Shown here: piece by piece, positions 51,813-64,000 of the stretch
Layout of the letters: every line of letters begins with the position of its first letter
Position numbering within the stretch: the first letter of the stretch is position 1
Source of the DNA: Takakia lepidozioides
Lineage: Eukaryota > Plantae > Bryophyta
DNA length: 64,000 nt
Direction of reading: 5' to 3'
NCBI GenBank assembly: GCA_030704615.1
Contig: CM060731.1
Location: 28,086,001-28,150,000, forward strand
Made by a program: the position numbers and the translations under genes
Notes under the pieces: generated by a model
The model's input: the letters and a program-made list of their open reading frames with translations, nothing else
Told to the model about the DNA's origin: nothing
Database searches by the model: none

Positions 51813-54456
51813 CTAACAGTTAACGCACAATGAAGTTGAAGCATTACCTTAACATTAGGTAACATTGTCGTTAGTTGACTTTATCAAGCAGGAGACTGCA
51901 TGTCGGGCAAAACTCCTGTACGTGGGGGTATGGGCTTAATAGAGGACTTGCATGCCACTTCAATTGCTTGGCTCAAAGTTGGATACTTCCAATAAGTTTT
52001 TACTGATCCAACAGAGCACCAGTTTGTTGCAGCCCTGAACCCCGTGTAGGGCTTCTCACCTGTAGATGCAGCAAGGAAGCATCCATTTGATATGCTTCAC
52101 TGCATTGCAAGCGGTATGCACACTCCAATGTGGGATTTAATTGTCCTCCTTATCCAAAGGTTATGTGAATCTGCAAAGGTGTTAACGGTGAAGGAGGGAG
52201 CCATACGGAGTACTTGGGAAGATTTGGGGGTGGCTGTAACTCTTCTAAAAGTGGACACACAGCATGGGGCAACTGTAGATTGCTCAAGTAGGTTTTTCTG
52301 TCCCCAAAAGATAATGTGTTTGATGTCTAGAGTAGTGTTTGAAATCTTCTGTTATTGGTCAATTGTTTACAGTCCATGCTGTGGAGTTTTGTAGCTTATA
52401 TGTCAGAAGCACCTTGGAAGCAACTCTTGAGGACCATATGGTACACATTGGGGATCAGAGATGAGTATTGACTACTGCTGACAGACTAAAATTACAGCTA
52501 TGAGATGTGGATTTTGATTTCATCATCCTCTGGCATTTGGCCGTTACCAATTTGACCCTGACATATGATGGCACCCGTTAATTGCAGTTATGAAGGTGTC
52601 ATAGCAATGTCCCTCAATGTGAAGTGTGCCTTGACCAGGTGGCTATCTTACCTTCAGATTTGTGCTTCGTGGATATGGATGTTTTGAGTGTTTGTAACAC
52701 TGTGGATGTCTCAAGCTATCCAAGGGCCCCTGATTCAGTTAATTTATAAGCAAGAACATCTGAACATGGTTAGAATTCCAGATTCCCTCGTCTCAGGTTA
52801 CTTGAGTATGAGTGGGTTTTGAAATCAATTGTTGCCCAGTAGCCGGGCATTTAAACTCTAGACAGAGTATCTGATTGTCTATGTAGAAATTTGGAAGTCA
52901 TCATACCGTTCTTGTCCTTTGTCGGACCTTGTTTTGTGCATTTCTTGCCTGCCTCCAGGATATACCCTTACTGCTATGCACATGTCTGGAGGGTTGTGCT
53001 TTAATTTATTTATCCTTCATGCTTCAAACGTGGTGATTTGTCATTTTCTCAAGGCAGCATTTCCAAATGACGAATTGAGTCGCTTGCGTGTTTGTGTTGG
53101 CCATGGCAACTCCTCCAGCAATTATGCTGTTGCTTTGCAGGTAATTGGAGAGGGAGATAGAAAGAGGAATAATTTTGCTCCAAATGTTTCACCAGAACTT
53201 TACAGAAGTAGCCTTAATGTGACTGCAGGCAATGGCACACCATCTGGGGCTGGCAAATGGGACAGTGCAGTATGTGGGCCTTGATAGGGATGTGACTGGC
53301 ATCCTCTGGATGTCGGATGCTGTTGTGTATGCCTCGTTTCGAGATGAGCAAACATTTCCACCCGTGCTTACCAGGGCTATGAGCCTCCAGTTATTGCCCC
53401 CAACCGGAGTGCCTTTTGGCAGCATGTGAGTTGTGCTCTGCCACTTACTGTCATATGTGCTGTACATTTACTGTTGGGAGCTATGAAGCCGGTGGCGGGT
53501 GGTGACAGTTTGTCACTGCTGCACAACATGAAGCTGATAGTCTGACTTCATGATTGACAGCGCAATGTTAGACTGCGTTCTATGAGGCTTGTTTAGGTTC
53601 TAACTTGGACTGCTGCAACATCTGGTTGGGTTACATTTCGATGCCTGTATGTAGTTTCTACACTGCTTGCGGATGTTCAGCATCTTAGTGCTCTCTTTTG
53701 TGCACTGTTAGTGCTTTGAACTGGGACTGGTGCAACATCTGTTTGGCTTACTTTTTGATGTCTGTTACCCTGTACTTACATGGCTGATTCTTCTCTTTGC
53801 CGTCCTTTAGAAGCATTTTTTATTGAGGGTGGGGACAGAGATCTGAGGTACTTGCTGGGATAGTGCAGTAGAGAATAGTAGAGTAGATAATAGAGAATAG
53901 TGTAGTATAGAGTCAACTCACAATTACAAGGACTACCTGTTCAAAACTGAGAAGTTATCTGGTTGTGTAAACAGTCGTGAATATACAACCCTGACAGTAT
54001 ATCTCAGATGAATCTTCTCTCTGATGACGGTGCTTCTTTGGTTTGGCTCCAGATTGTGGATGGTGTTAAGTGGCCTTCTTTTTCCAGTGGGAGACCACCA
54101 CAGGTTGAGTGAAGCCCTCATTAGAGTGAGATTGAGCCAAGAGACTTCGGCCATGACACAAGCTGACCAATCTAATGCCTGGAACCTGCTCGCTTTGAAT
54201 GTTACCCTGTTCCCGCAGAGGTGGAGCTACCACGACCACCCAAGGAGATTCTCAAAGAGGTTGGCGCTGGGATCTTATGTTCCCATTGGGGGCGCCCAAG
54301 GACAGACTGACAGCTGTAGCTGCAAAGGTGGACGCCGGAATGGTGGATGAAGATGTGGATGGTTCCAGTATTGTGAGAGAGTTGGAGGACCAGTGGATGC
54401 AGCGCTCTGGTGCTGGAAATGACACGGTTGCTTGGGCAGAGTCTGTTGGTAGTAGA
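51813..54456 (+). pseudogene. Inverted, internally deleted duplicate of the glycosyltransferase (upstream piece, exons 3, 4, end of 6, 7, most of 8)
   Basis: 51813-51878 is the reverse complement of ~31312-31378, and 51879-53067 of ~29828-28628. The rest matches 27570-25450 with several deletions. Confidence 0.92.
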
Positions 54457-56322
54457 CGAGTGGCTGGTGCCACTTACAGAGACTGCTGTTGTACGTGAGA
54501 TGAGAAAGGGAGAACAATGCTTTTTGTATATCCAGGTTTTGTCCAAACAACCAAAATAGATTCTATCTGGACACCCGACATCAAGCAAAGCAAGGTCGGT
54601 GTGATTACATCAAGCAAAGCAAGGTCGGTGTGATGACATTTGTTAGTTCGGGCCCCCCTTTATAAAACTTTTTTGGGCATTCTATGCGATTGCAACAAAA
54701 GACTCCCTAATAATAACATGGCGGCTGGCCAGGCTGTCATTGTATGATCAGTTCATTCCTCGTTTTTCTGCTTGTTTGTTTGGAGTGCATGTGTAATTAG
54801 GTACGGTCAGCGACTTCGACCCCAATCTGATCCATCTCATGCAACACATCTCACATGATCAGTAAAATGGTCAGTTCAAATCAAACTCGGATCGATGTAT
54901 CCGTAGAACCGACCATGGCAGATGAGGCATACGATTATGTTTTGGGCTCCAGAAAGATAGGGAATGAAATTTTTTACATCACAGTTGGTTTCGTTGGTTG
55001 TTTCAACTTTCCACAATACATCCCCAGATCTATCTAAAAAAACTCAGCCCGCACACATTGTGCGATACAAGTTTTGATAGATTAATGCCCACGGCTCGCT
55101 TCATGCTTTAGAACAACTGATCAAATCGTTCCACCAACTGCCTTTTCTGCAGATTCTTGACAATCCAAAGTACACGCCATCTCTACTTTCTCTTATCAGC
55201 GAAACTTGCTTGACGGACTCCAAAACAGAAGGGTGTGGAGGCTTGAATGACAGCATCTCCTCAACACGTTTAATGCCATGCCGACTCGTCCTGGAGACTG
55301 ATATTCTAGCACACCAGGGAATTTGGCACACATCGGGTAGATCTGTTCCAGCATCGCTGACCTCAACCGAGCCTCATAGTTGCAAATTAGCAGGGAGTTG
55401 ATTAACCTGCCGATCCTACCAATGCACTGTGCTTTTGAAAGACAACCTGCAAAAGGTCAGACGGCTTGGAGGCAGGGAGGCAGTCTGAAGAGAGTACCAG
55501 CGCTGACCATGACAATTAGATCTGAAGTCATCATGAATAAAATATAGATTTGTTTCCAAACGTATCGGTAAATGCATACACAGCAGCGATTGATAAAGTG
55601 TACATAGTTCCATGAGCTTAAAAATTCTGAGAATCCAGGTGAACCTCGAGATGAGACTGGCACCTAATTCGAAAACAAGTCGTCCATTATGCCACGTCTA
55701 ACCAAGTCTACGCAGAAAAACTGAGTGAAGAGGGACAGGCAGAGTCAAGAGATGAGAAATGAAATGACTGAAATGACCATGCTTTATGAGAAATGAAATG
55801 AAATGAAATGGTGCTTTATAACGTCCGCGGAAAGCTCATAGAGAGAAAGATTTCAAGAAACGAAACGAAATGAAATGAAATAGCTCATGGGACAAAAGGA
55901 AAACAACACAGAGAGGGAGCCAGAAGCTGCCCAAAAACAACAAAGCAAACAAGAAAGAGAGGGGCTCCCCACAAGAAATGAAATGGTACATGTATGGCAT
56001 CTGGGCATATACACATAGTTCAGACTCCAACTACTTAACGCAAGTACACATTAGAACATTTGAGATTCCTGTAAAGAAGGGACTAGATCAAGTATCAAGA
56101 CGAAAGTGCTCAATAGATCTGAACTGTACATACATCAGTTATATATGAAGGTGTACACAAATTTGACATTTGCGTAAAGTTTGGCTTACAGCAAATAATT
56201 AACAGCAGACCCTTCTGCAAATTACTTGGAGTTTTGTGTACATAGCTTTGTGCACATCTCTTCCCTGCAGTAAAGGGCATTACATATATCAGCTTGATAT
56301 GTATACATTAGCATGCCACGTA

Positions 56323-57045
56323 CTATGTAACACTAATGAAATTCCCAAATATCCTCTCAGTCTTCTGCGATTGGGGAACCTGGCACATAGAGCTCTCCTT
56401 CTCCCTTTCCCTCTTGGTGTAGAGCTTCTCCAGTGAGTACTTGGCTCTCCCGCGTGGTATGTTACTGAGAGCATAGTAATGGCGGGCAACGTCAATCAAC
56501 CACTCTCCAGAGACCCTAGTGACAGTGCGGATGAAGTTGCAGCTGGTGTGCACAAACTCGTGGTAGAGCACCCATTGTGGTTCATATTTCAGCAGACAGC
56601 AGGATGGATGTAGATGCACAATCTGCTGATCTTTGACAGTGAGATAGTGGCCTGCACAGTCAAGGTAGGCCACATGCATGAAGTATCCGGCAAGCATGGC
56701 CTTCTGAATGTTGACGTAGTAGTCACAGTTGGAGAAGTCAGTGCTGCACATAGTCAGATTGTGGCGGTTCATGATGTTTACCAACTGCCCTCGCACCTTA
56801 TCAGCTAACTTCAGGGCACCCAAGTTTACGAAGTTTGCCTGGCACCATGTGTCACTATTATTGTTCTTTTTGTAGGCATGGTAGACATTGAGAAGCGTGA
56901 GGTGGTCGCCATCCACATGTGCAAAGCAGGCCTTGGCACAATCAGCAGCTTTTTCAGCCTCCTTTGGACGGAGAAATATATTGGGGACTGAGAGCATTGC
57001 CGTGATAGAAAGGATTCCACAAGACTTTAAAATTGAAGCTTGCAA
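56323..57045 (-). pseudogene. PRP43: C-terminal fragment of DEAH helicase PRP43/DHX15 in an open frame, fused to SKP1-locus sequence
   Basis: LSITAMLSVPNIFLRP, GDHLTLLNVYHAYK, KAMLAGYFMHVA, HYLTVKDQQIVHLHPS and WVLYHEFV. No RecA domains; first in-frame ATG is near 56997. Confidence 0.85.
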
Positions 57046-59129
57046 ACAATGAACAAGATGATGACCAAGGAAAGCAGGACCTGATGCTGGAAAACAATAA
57101 CAAGGTCACTCAATTTAGTGGAGGAAAAGCATGTCATGACCCAAACCCAAAACAGCAACAACAAGAATGGAAGGTGTTGCAAAAGCCCAGTCAGGACAGG
57201 CCGCCATGCTCACCGATCTGAGATGTACGTGAGCGAAATGAGGGCAGTGAAGACGATAGTGTGGGATCATACCGTCGTGCTTAAATACTTTCCCACATTT
57301 CCTTGTTCCATTTTTGTTTCTACTTTGGGATTTCTCTTATCTATTTGTAGCATACGCAACAAAAGTTTTGTTAAGTATAGTGATCTTTTTTTACTAAAAG
57401 TAATCTTTCAACCTAAAGTTAGTTGACAGGTTAGCTTCGTGATATGAGAGCAACTCCAAAAGTTAGACATATATATACATATATATATACACAATCGAGA
57501 GAGACATTAGACTCGCACTTTCTCTCCCGTAGCAAGCAGAGTCTCTCTCCCTTTCTCTCAGTCACACCATTGGGGTGGTCATTGGGGCTGTAATTTTTGT
57601 AGTGCTTTTCATTGTATGGTGTCTTGCAAGGTGCTTGTGCTCACGTTTGTTAACGGTGCTTCTTTGCCTCCTTGTTTCATCACACCAGACATGAGACAGA
57701 TGAGACAAAGAGGCAAGTACACGCAGAAAGGAGCCGGGAAAGGGGGATGAGGAGAATTGGATTGAAAGTGTGTATCATGTCAACCCATTATCCCACCAAG
57801 AGACATATTATCAAGCTCCAAAGTATGACAACATGAGATGATACCTGACTTCTCAATTTCAAGAGATGCACATATATAACTTCGGGGAAGTGGAAGGTGA
57901 CCTCATTGAAATCTGTAAATGGCCTGCATCCAAAGTAAACCACGAGCAATCAACCAGCTGTGCTTATGCAAACTAACATCATCCGTAAAAGTACTGTACC
58001 GACTAGCAGGTGACACAGAGGGTTTCAAATCATAACAAGATATACCCTAATCACAAGGGGGAAAAGCATACGAGTTCTTCACCCTTCGTTGCATTTGCAG
58101 GTTACACCACTAAGTCAAAGTGTAAGACATGGAATGAATGTGGGATTGACAATTCATAGATGCACATGTAGCAAGAAACTTTGAGTGACGAAATAAACCC
58201 GATGGCATTTTACCAATCTTACAAAAATGCAACAACATTGAGTTTCCCTTGAAAGGACCGCAGGTGACCTGCACTCGAACATATGCAAGGTTCCTGCACG
58301 CGAGCATGGAAACAGTAGAGAAACAGCTGACACAACCTTTGACAGGACTTTCTTTACCAGATTTCATATATTACAAACACTACAGAGCAAGCTAGCAGAA
58401 TGAAACCCTGACAATCCCTCCCTTTACTTTGGTGCATATGTTACCTATGCAAATTGGTGGGATGTTTGCTCCAATTAAATAACAAAAATGACAACGAAAA
58501 ACACGCTGCAATCCTTCCACAATCAGTTGGTTTGTCTTGTTACTTTGAGACGAAACAACTAAGGGGAGAGAACATAACTTTGAGCTGAAGGTCATAGAAA
58601 ACTAGTGCTTGTACTGCACACCCTGCATTTCCATCTCTCGTATGAGTCCTGTCCATCAATCCTGCACCAAAGCACAGCATAGTTGTGGAGCACACAATTT
58701 CCAATTATAATAATCATCCTTGAAATCAAACAGCATGTGGAGTACCAAGAGGTCACAGATCTTATACACTAACTGCCAAGGTTGCAGAGTGTGGATAATT
58801 TGATTAAACATGCTCCTTGCCAGCGGGCCCAGAGAGAGAAGCATTCTCAGAAGTTTGACCTGCGCTATCATGTGGACATCAGGTATGAAACCATCCATGA
58901 CACAGCAAAACAAGCACACTACTAACCAGCGGTTTATTTCCTTTATCGAGATCTGGCATCCTGTCTAACGGGATATAGCCTCACCTATAGAGCATGACAG
59001 TAGGGGTGGAAGGGAAAGCGACAAGGCCATCCTTGCCCTTCCGTTTGTGGTCTTCCACTTCTGGTTCAACTGCTAAGTGCTCACAGACTCCTGGAAATCC
59101 TGGATGGGAGGCTCCATTTGGTTCACCGT

Positions 59130-59330
59130 GTGTAGTGGAAAATACGCCACAGTAGTTCCTGGTCCATATCTGATCCTCATGGTTTCAGTTTCAATGCCTA
59201 CTGCAGCACCAAACGTCTTGAGAAAGTCCAGACCTAGTAACATGTTGTAGGTGTCTGTCTCGGTTAGTCGGTCTTCCCAGAGTCACCTCGAGATTTCCAC
59301 CACACCCATTGCGGTTGCTATGGCTAGCTC
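59130..59330 (-). mobile_element. Degenerate Ty3/Gypsy-like aspartic protease remnant
   Basis: The minus strand reads TETDTYNMLLGLDFLKTFGAAVGIETETMRIRYGPG, the LLGLDFL C-terminal motif of retropepsins. Confidence 0.6.
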
Positions 59331-60915
59331 CGGATCATGCCACTCGATATGACATCTCCAAGTTGTCTGTCACTACACAAGCCATCATGCCTATGTCTCT
59401 GTCTTGACTTAGTATCCTTAGTCGATATAATGTCCTCACTCCTCACATCTCTAGTTGAACATTTGGCTGCATTGTCAAGATTATTGGCTGTGGAGAGCGA
59501 TTAGATAGCTGTCATGGATCCAGGTGCTTTGGTGTTGGGGGCTTGCTTGGTGCCGGCAGTGTTGATGGTGATGTCAGGGGGATAGTGAAACTTCTGCAAA
59601 TTCATTCTCGAAATAGGGATCCTTAGCATTTGGAGCTTATGTTTTGGTATGATACTTCCATGCGCGTGACCGGGAGATGGAATGTGATAACAATATGGAA
59701 GATATATGGAGGACAGACAGTTGCTTTCAGGCAACAACAGTACATGCATTTGTTGAAAAGACAATTGCACCCACAAATCATGTAGTCTAGGGAAGAGCAA
59801 AGGAACTTTCTCTCGTTACTTCCGGGCTCATCAGCACATCTCGTGGAAGCCTGTCTGCCTCATGAAGAACGTTGGAGTACATGGGGATAGGCTCACTTCA
59901 CAGGGCAGGAGACTGAATAAGCACTGGTTATATTCAAGAAACATGCTTTGATAACTGCCATTGGAGGACCAAGGTCATGATCTGAGGTTCAAATCCATTG
60001 GGGCTACTTTGGAGCATACGAAATGAGATTGGGAAGCATCATGTCTAGGTCTTGTCTCCTTGTCTTCTCTCTTGCTGTGCAGTGCTAACCGTTGAGTATG
60101 GTCCAAAACAGCCTTGTACCTAAATACATTGCCCACTGGGCAGAGGAAAACAGTGCCCATTTCTTCACCGAATTTGAGAGTTATCATCTGACAAGATTTC
60201 AGAAAGCGCTTGATGGTGTGGAGTATTGTGGACATGAGATTTGTATATGGCGGGTTCCAATCCAAATGACTGCACGATTAGATCATAAAACCATGGTCCA
60301 AGGCTCTCATGTGGAAAGCGCAGATCACACGTTTCTCTTCCCAATTTTGATTCTACGAAGGAAGACAGCAGATTTTGTCCCATTTGCTGCTTTGGCAATG
60401 GCTTACTTGATTTCTATTCACAATGGGCGCATCCACAAAAGGAATGCCGACAATTTCTTCGGCTGGTTGTGTGTCTGTGTATGTCCCCGACTGTGAAATG
60501 GCTTTGGCATTTGCATTTCTCCATCTTGATCGATAGATCTTGTGGAGGAGTAGTCTCTCACATCATGACACCTCTTCCTAGGTACAATATTTTCTGTGGC
60601 GATCTTGACCAGGGACGATGCAGTGCACAAATGTATCAGCAATATGGCCACCTTGAAGTCTGGACAGCAGTACTCGTTACTGAAGGACCTCAACATGAAG
60701 TTTTCACGAGAGGATGTCTACCCGATATCGGGATGTAGCGTCCCACACGCCATGAGAGGATGATCACCCCGAAACCCTACAACAGGGGGTGATTTGGTGA
60801 CCCCAAGTATTTGCAAATGTATCTAATCAACAAAAAAGTCTGCTGAGACAGATGATTCCTACAGAAACATGAACACATATAGTGTTGAACAAGACAGTTT
60901 ACTCGAGTAAAGAGT

Positions 60916-63607
60916 ATGTGTGAGAGAAAGTTGTGCCCATACCTTGAGAAGGGGAAGGCTGAAAGGTGGAAGATAGGCACTCCATCCAAAGATGCAGCGA
61001 CCTTGAACCGGCAAGTGTTAGTGTTGCAGGCAGACCTGAAAGCCCGAATTAAAGGGGAGCATCACCTGCGGACCGAAAACCAACGGCTACGCAAAAGGTC
61101 TTTCATCGAACTCATTATCATACCTCACCGCTAATGCCACAATCGATCTGAAGCAAAGAATTTTTCTCTCCTCGATGGTCTGCGCTACTATAATTTGTGA
61201 TACATAGATATAGAGCTCTCCTGGATAGTTAGAATTAGAAAATCTCAATGACCTCTGAATGATGGTGGAAAACACAAAAAATGCTAAGAAACATTTGAGC
61301 CCTCGGTGATCGTCTGGGCTGCAATGTGATATGATGACATCTTGGCAGGTTGGAGCTGTGTCAGAGGAAATTTGACGGAGCTTCGGAGGCTGATACTGAC
61401 CTCAACACGTCTTCAAGATGTTCCACGTTGTGCGAGCTTCCAGATCGGTCAGCTTACATCTGCAAGCCTGGACTAAAAACATTTTGAACGCTGTTTTGTA
61501 GCCTCTCAGAAACCCATACAAATAGGTCAAAATAATTTGCTTTCAATCGGAGCTGCGTGCAGAGGAGACCTGCCAGTCGCCCACCAATTGAGATTCGAGC
61601 TTGATTCAAATGGATCAAGGAAAGAACTGAGGCCAAAAGTTTGGGGGAGGACGATTCTCCATTTAACTGTTCAGGATCTACAAAGTTTCTCGGTGCTTAT
61701 AAGTTCCACATGACAAGTTACATTATCCTGCATTGTGATTATTCATGGTAGAAACTGCCCTCAGTCCTGTTATGAACTTCAGGATAGCGATGTCCAAGTC
61801 CAGGTAAGCTACACTTTTAAGCATCTGCTTGAGTCAATGTCAGCGGCCACTCCTGCTACTAAGCCGTTGTCAGTGCAGGATTACGTCAATTGAGGATGAT
61901 CTGGAGACTGTTCTGCACAAGCACGCTCACGAGTTTGAGTCACAGCGCGCTTGCCTGCTGTCGCTGCACTGCCAAATCAACGGTATGTCGGCAGTCTTGC
62001 GCAAACAAACCAGAGCTCAAAGCCGAGCAGATCTTGTTCAGGTGTAACAGCTCATTCCGCTCCTAGTTACCTATCTTCTCCCCAGGGTCTTACAGTGATC
62101 TACCATACAGTTGTGCATTGTTTATCTTCATGCTGTCCAGTCTGATTTAATCAAGTTGTTTGGTGCTTTCACACCATCTGTCCGATGGGACAACCTGTAG
62201 AACAGTGTTTCGGGAGATTCTTCAAATGATTTTGTCGAAGAGGCTAGAATGACATGGGACTTTTAAGGTAATACACATGTGCAAGGGCCTCAAAGTTCAA
62301 TGACGCAGATATGGGCATTGTGTACTTAGTTCTGCAGGTAGAGCTGAGTAGTTACGCGTTGGAAATCAAGGCAAAGATACAAGAGGCACTGCAGAAGTTT
62401 TGTGAGGAATCGGGACACTTGAGGGATGAAGCCCAAGCATACGTCAGTGAGCTTCAGTTACTTACTGTTAAGGTAAAAGCCTCCACTCTCCAGAACTACA
62501 TGTACATATATGATTTCCCGCATACCAACTTTCTGGCCCATATAACCACTTTAAAAACTGGGAAACGCAGGACTGTAGATGTCGAAATATAGAGCGATGC
62601 ACAGTGCTAACTATCTAGAGGTCTGAAATTCATGAAACACCTGGCGAGCGCATAAAGAGATGATAGTAGCCTGCAATTAACTGTAGAGATCTGTTGGCAT
62701 TTCTCTTCTAGATCTATATATGTAAAGAATCATTCTCGGAAGCAACCGGATGTGTGGCTACTGCAGGAACCAAAGGTAAAATTGCGAGAATGTGGACGGC
62801 CGTTACTACTGAACAGCGCATCTCCACGAATGCATGAACCTGGGATCAAGGAGCAAAGTCGGGATAAAGCCAACAATGATAAAGCTCAAAACTTCTACAA
62901 CTCAAACTGTTGCAGGCGTGGAATTCGGGCCCTGCGTTCAGCGACAAATAGTGCATGCCAGACGCATAATCATAAAGCAGAGCACGGGCTTCGCCATACA
63001 CCTTGTGGCGATCAGCATCAAAGCGGGCACTGTGTAAGTGTCCTGGGAGTAACGTCCTACTCTTTTGAGTACTTCCAGGGTTGTCGATTCAGAAGAAATG
63101 ATAAGAATGTTCAGTGCATATGTATGGACAATGTTCACCAAGATAGCAGTCCCTGGAAAATGCCTGTTTCTAATGATCAGCTGATGGGGGCTAGTATTGA
63201 GGTACTTCAGTCGAGATCAGTTAACCCGCACGAAATGTATCGTTCCTTCACAAACGTAAAGCTGTCGATCTTCCAGTGCTCTCAAGTGTGTTGACAAATT
63301 CCATGCTTGTCGACATCCTAAATTTGGGTGTTCTTCAGCAGGGCCACAGGTCCAAGTCGCCCACAACGACGAATCCTGCAAAAGAGTGGGTCGCCAATCC
63401 AATTTTCAATCAGATAAAGGAAACTTCCAACCAGGGACCAACGCCTCTAGAGACTCGGCTACAACTTGTGGAGGAGACAATGGGATACTTAAGGAACTCA
63501 CAAGGCTCACTAAAGGAAATCTTACAGCAGATCCTGGAGAGTCAACGCCTACAAGCCTCGCTTACCGTCATCGAGCAGCCCGCCACCCCCACCTGGAAAG
63601 TATGTGA
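60916..63607 (+). CDS. Multi-exon coiled-coil protein of unknown function (exon structure only partly resolved)
   Basis: Splice-bounded coiled-coil-like segments: LNRQVLVLQADLKARIKGEHHLRTENQRLRKR (to ~61098), ITSIEDDLETVLHK...DLVQ (~61879-62041) and VELSSYALEIKAKIQEALQKF...LLTVK (~62338-62472). Confidence 0.55.
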
Positions 63608-64000
63608 TTCTGTGGCACCACAGTTAACATTTACATATACACAAGTTTATGGGTCTGCCCTCGATCTCAACAAATGTTCAATTTATTTGTCTAACATTCC
63701 CAAACTTAAACATTGCCTTTCCCAGGTGAAGACGGTCGAGCTGAGTGGCGGTCATCCAGCCCTGGTGCAGAGTTCTAAAAAGTTGGCCGATCGACTCTTG
63801 GGGAAGGAGAGTGAGTCAGGTCGTACTTTTGGTAATGCTCCTCACGAAACCCACAAGGACAGTCCATCTACGGCCATTCTACCCTCTTGCATTGGACAGC
63901 AAGGCAGAAACTGCCATCTTGGCTCATGTAGCCAAGTACGCCAAGGGACCAAGCAATCACCCTTTTCGCAAAAGGGTCATGCAAAGAAGGCAGTGGTATT

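Noticed and set aside
59500-60760. ORF fragments possibly from a LINE or gag gene
   Set aside because: No diagnostic motif could be recognised with confidence.

Overview
Gene-rich nuclear DNA from a land plant, most likely a seed-free lineage, judged from the spliceosomal introns and a PLS-class PPR gene. Apparently intact genes: a secreted S-protein-homologue (SPH) gene, two tandem alpha-expansins (one with a ~100-aa acidic N-terminal extension), a 4-exon PPR gene, an RWDD4-like gene, a single-pass membrane protein gene, an intronless head-to-head SKP1-like/F-box pair and a partly resolved coiled-coil gene. A 14-exon glycosyltransferase (At5g04480/At4g01210-like) has lesions confined to exons 4-6. 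The most notable feature is not visible in the ORF track. Splicing fuses a transit-peptide-like leader and two OSB-type 'PDF' ssDNA-binding motifs in frame to a PLS-PPR/E array, and a deleted relic of a DYW deaminase lies just behind the stop codon. The 48-57.6 kb region is a mosaic of rearranged fragments: direct and inverted glycosyltransferase pieces, a CYP704-like fragment, and a PRP43 C-terminus sitting inside a copy of the SKP1 locus. The window also holds a TA-flanked MITE, a tRNA-derived SINE, a Gypsy protease remnant and several pseudogenes. All gene models were derived by eye, and family names come from motif recognition, not database searches.
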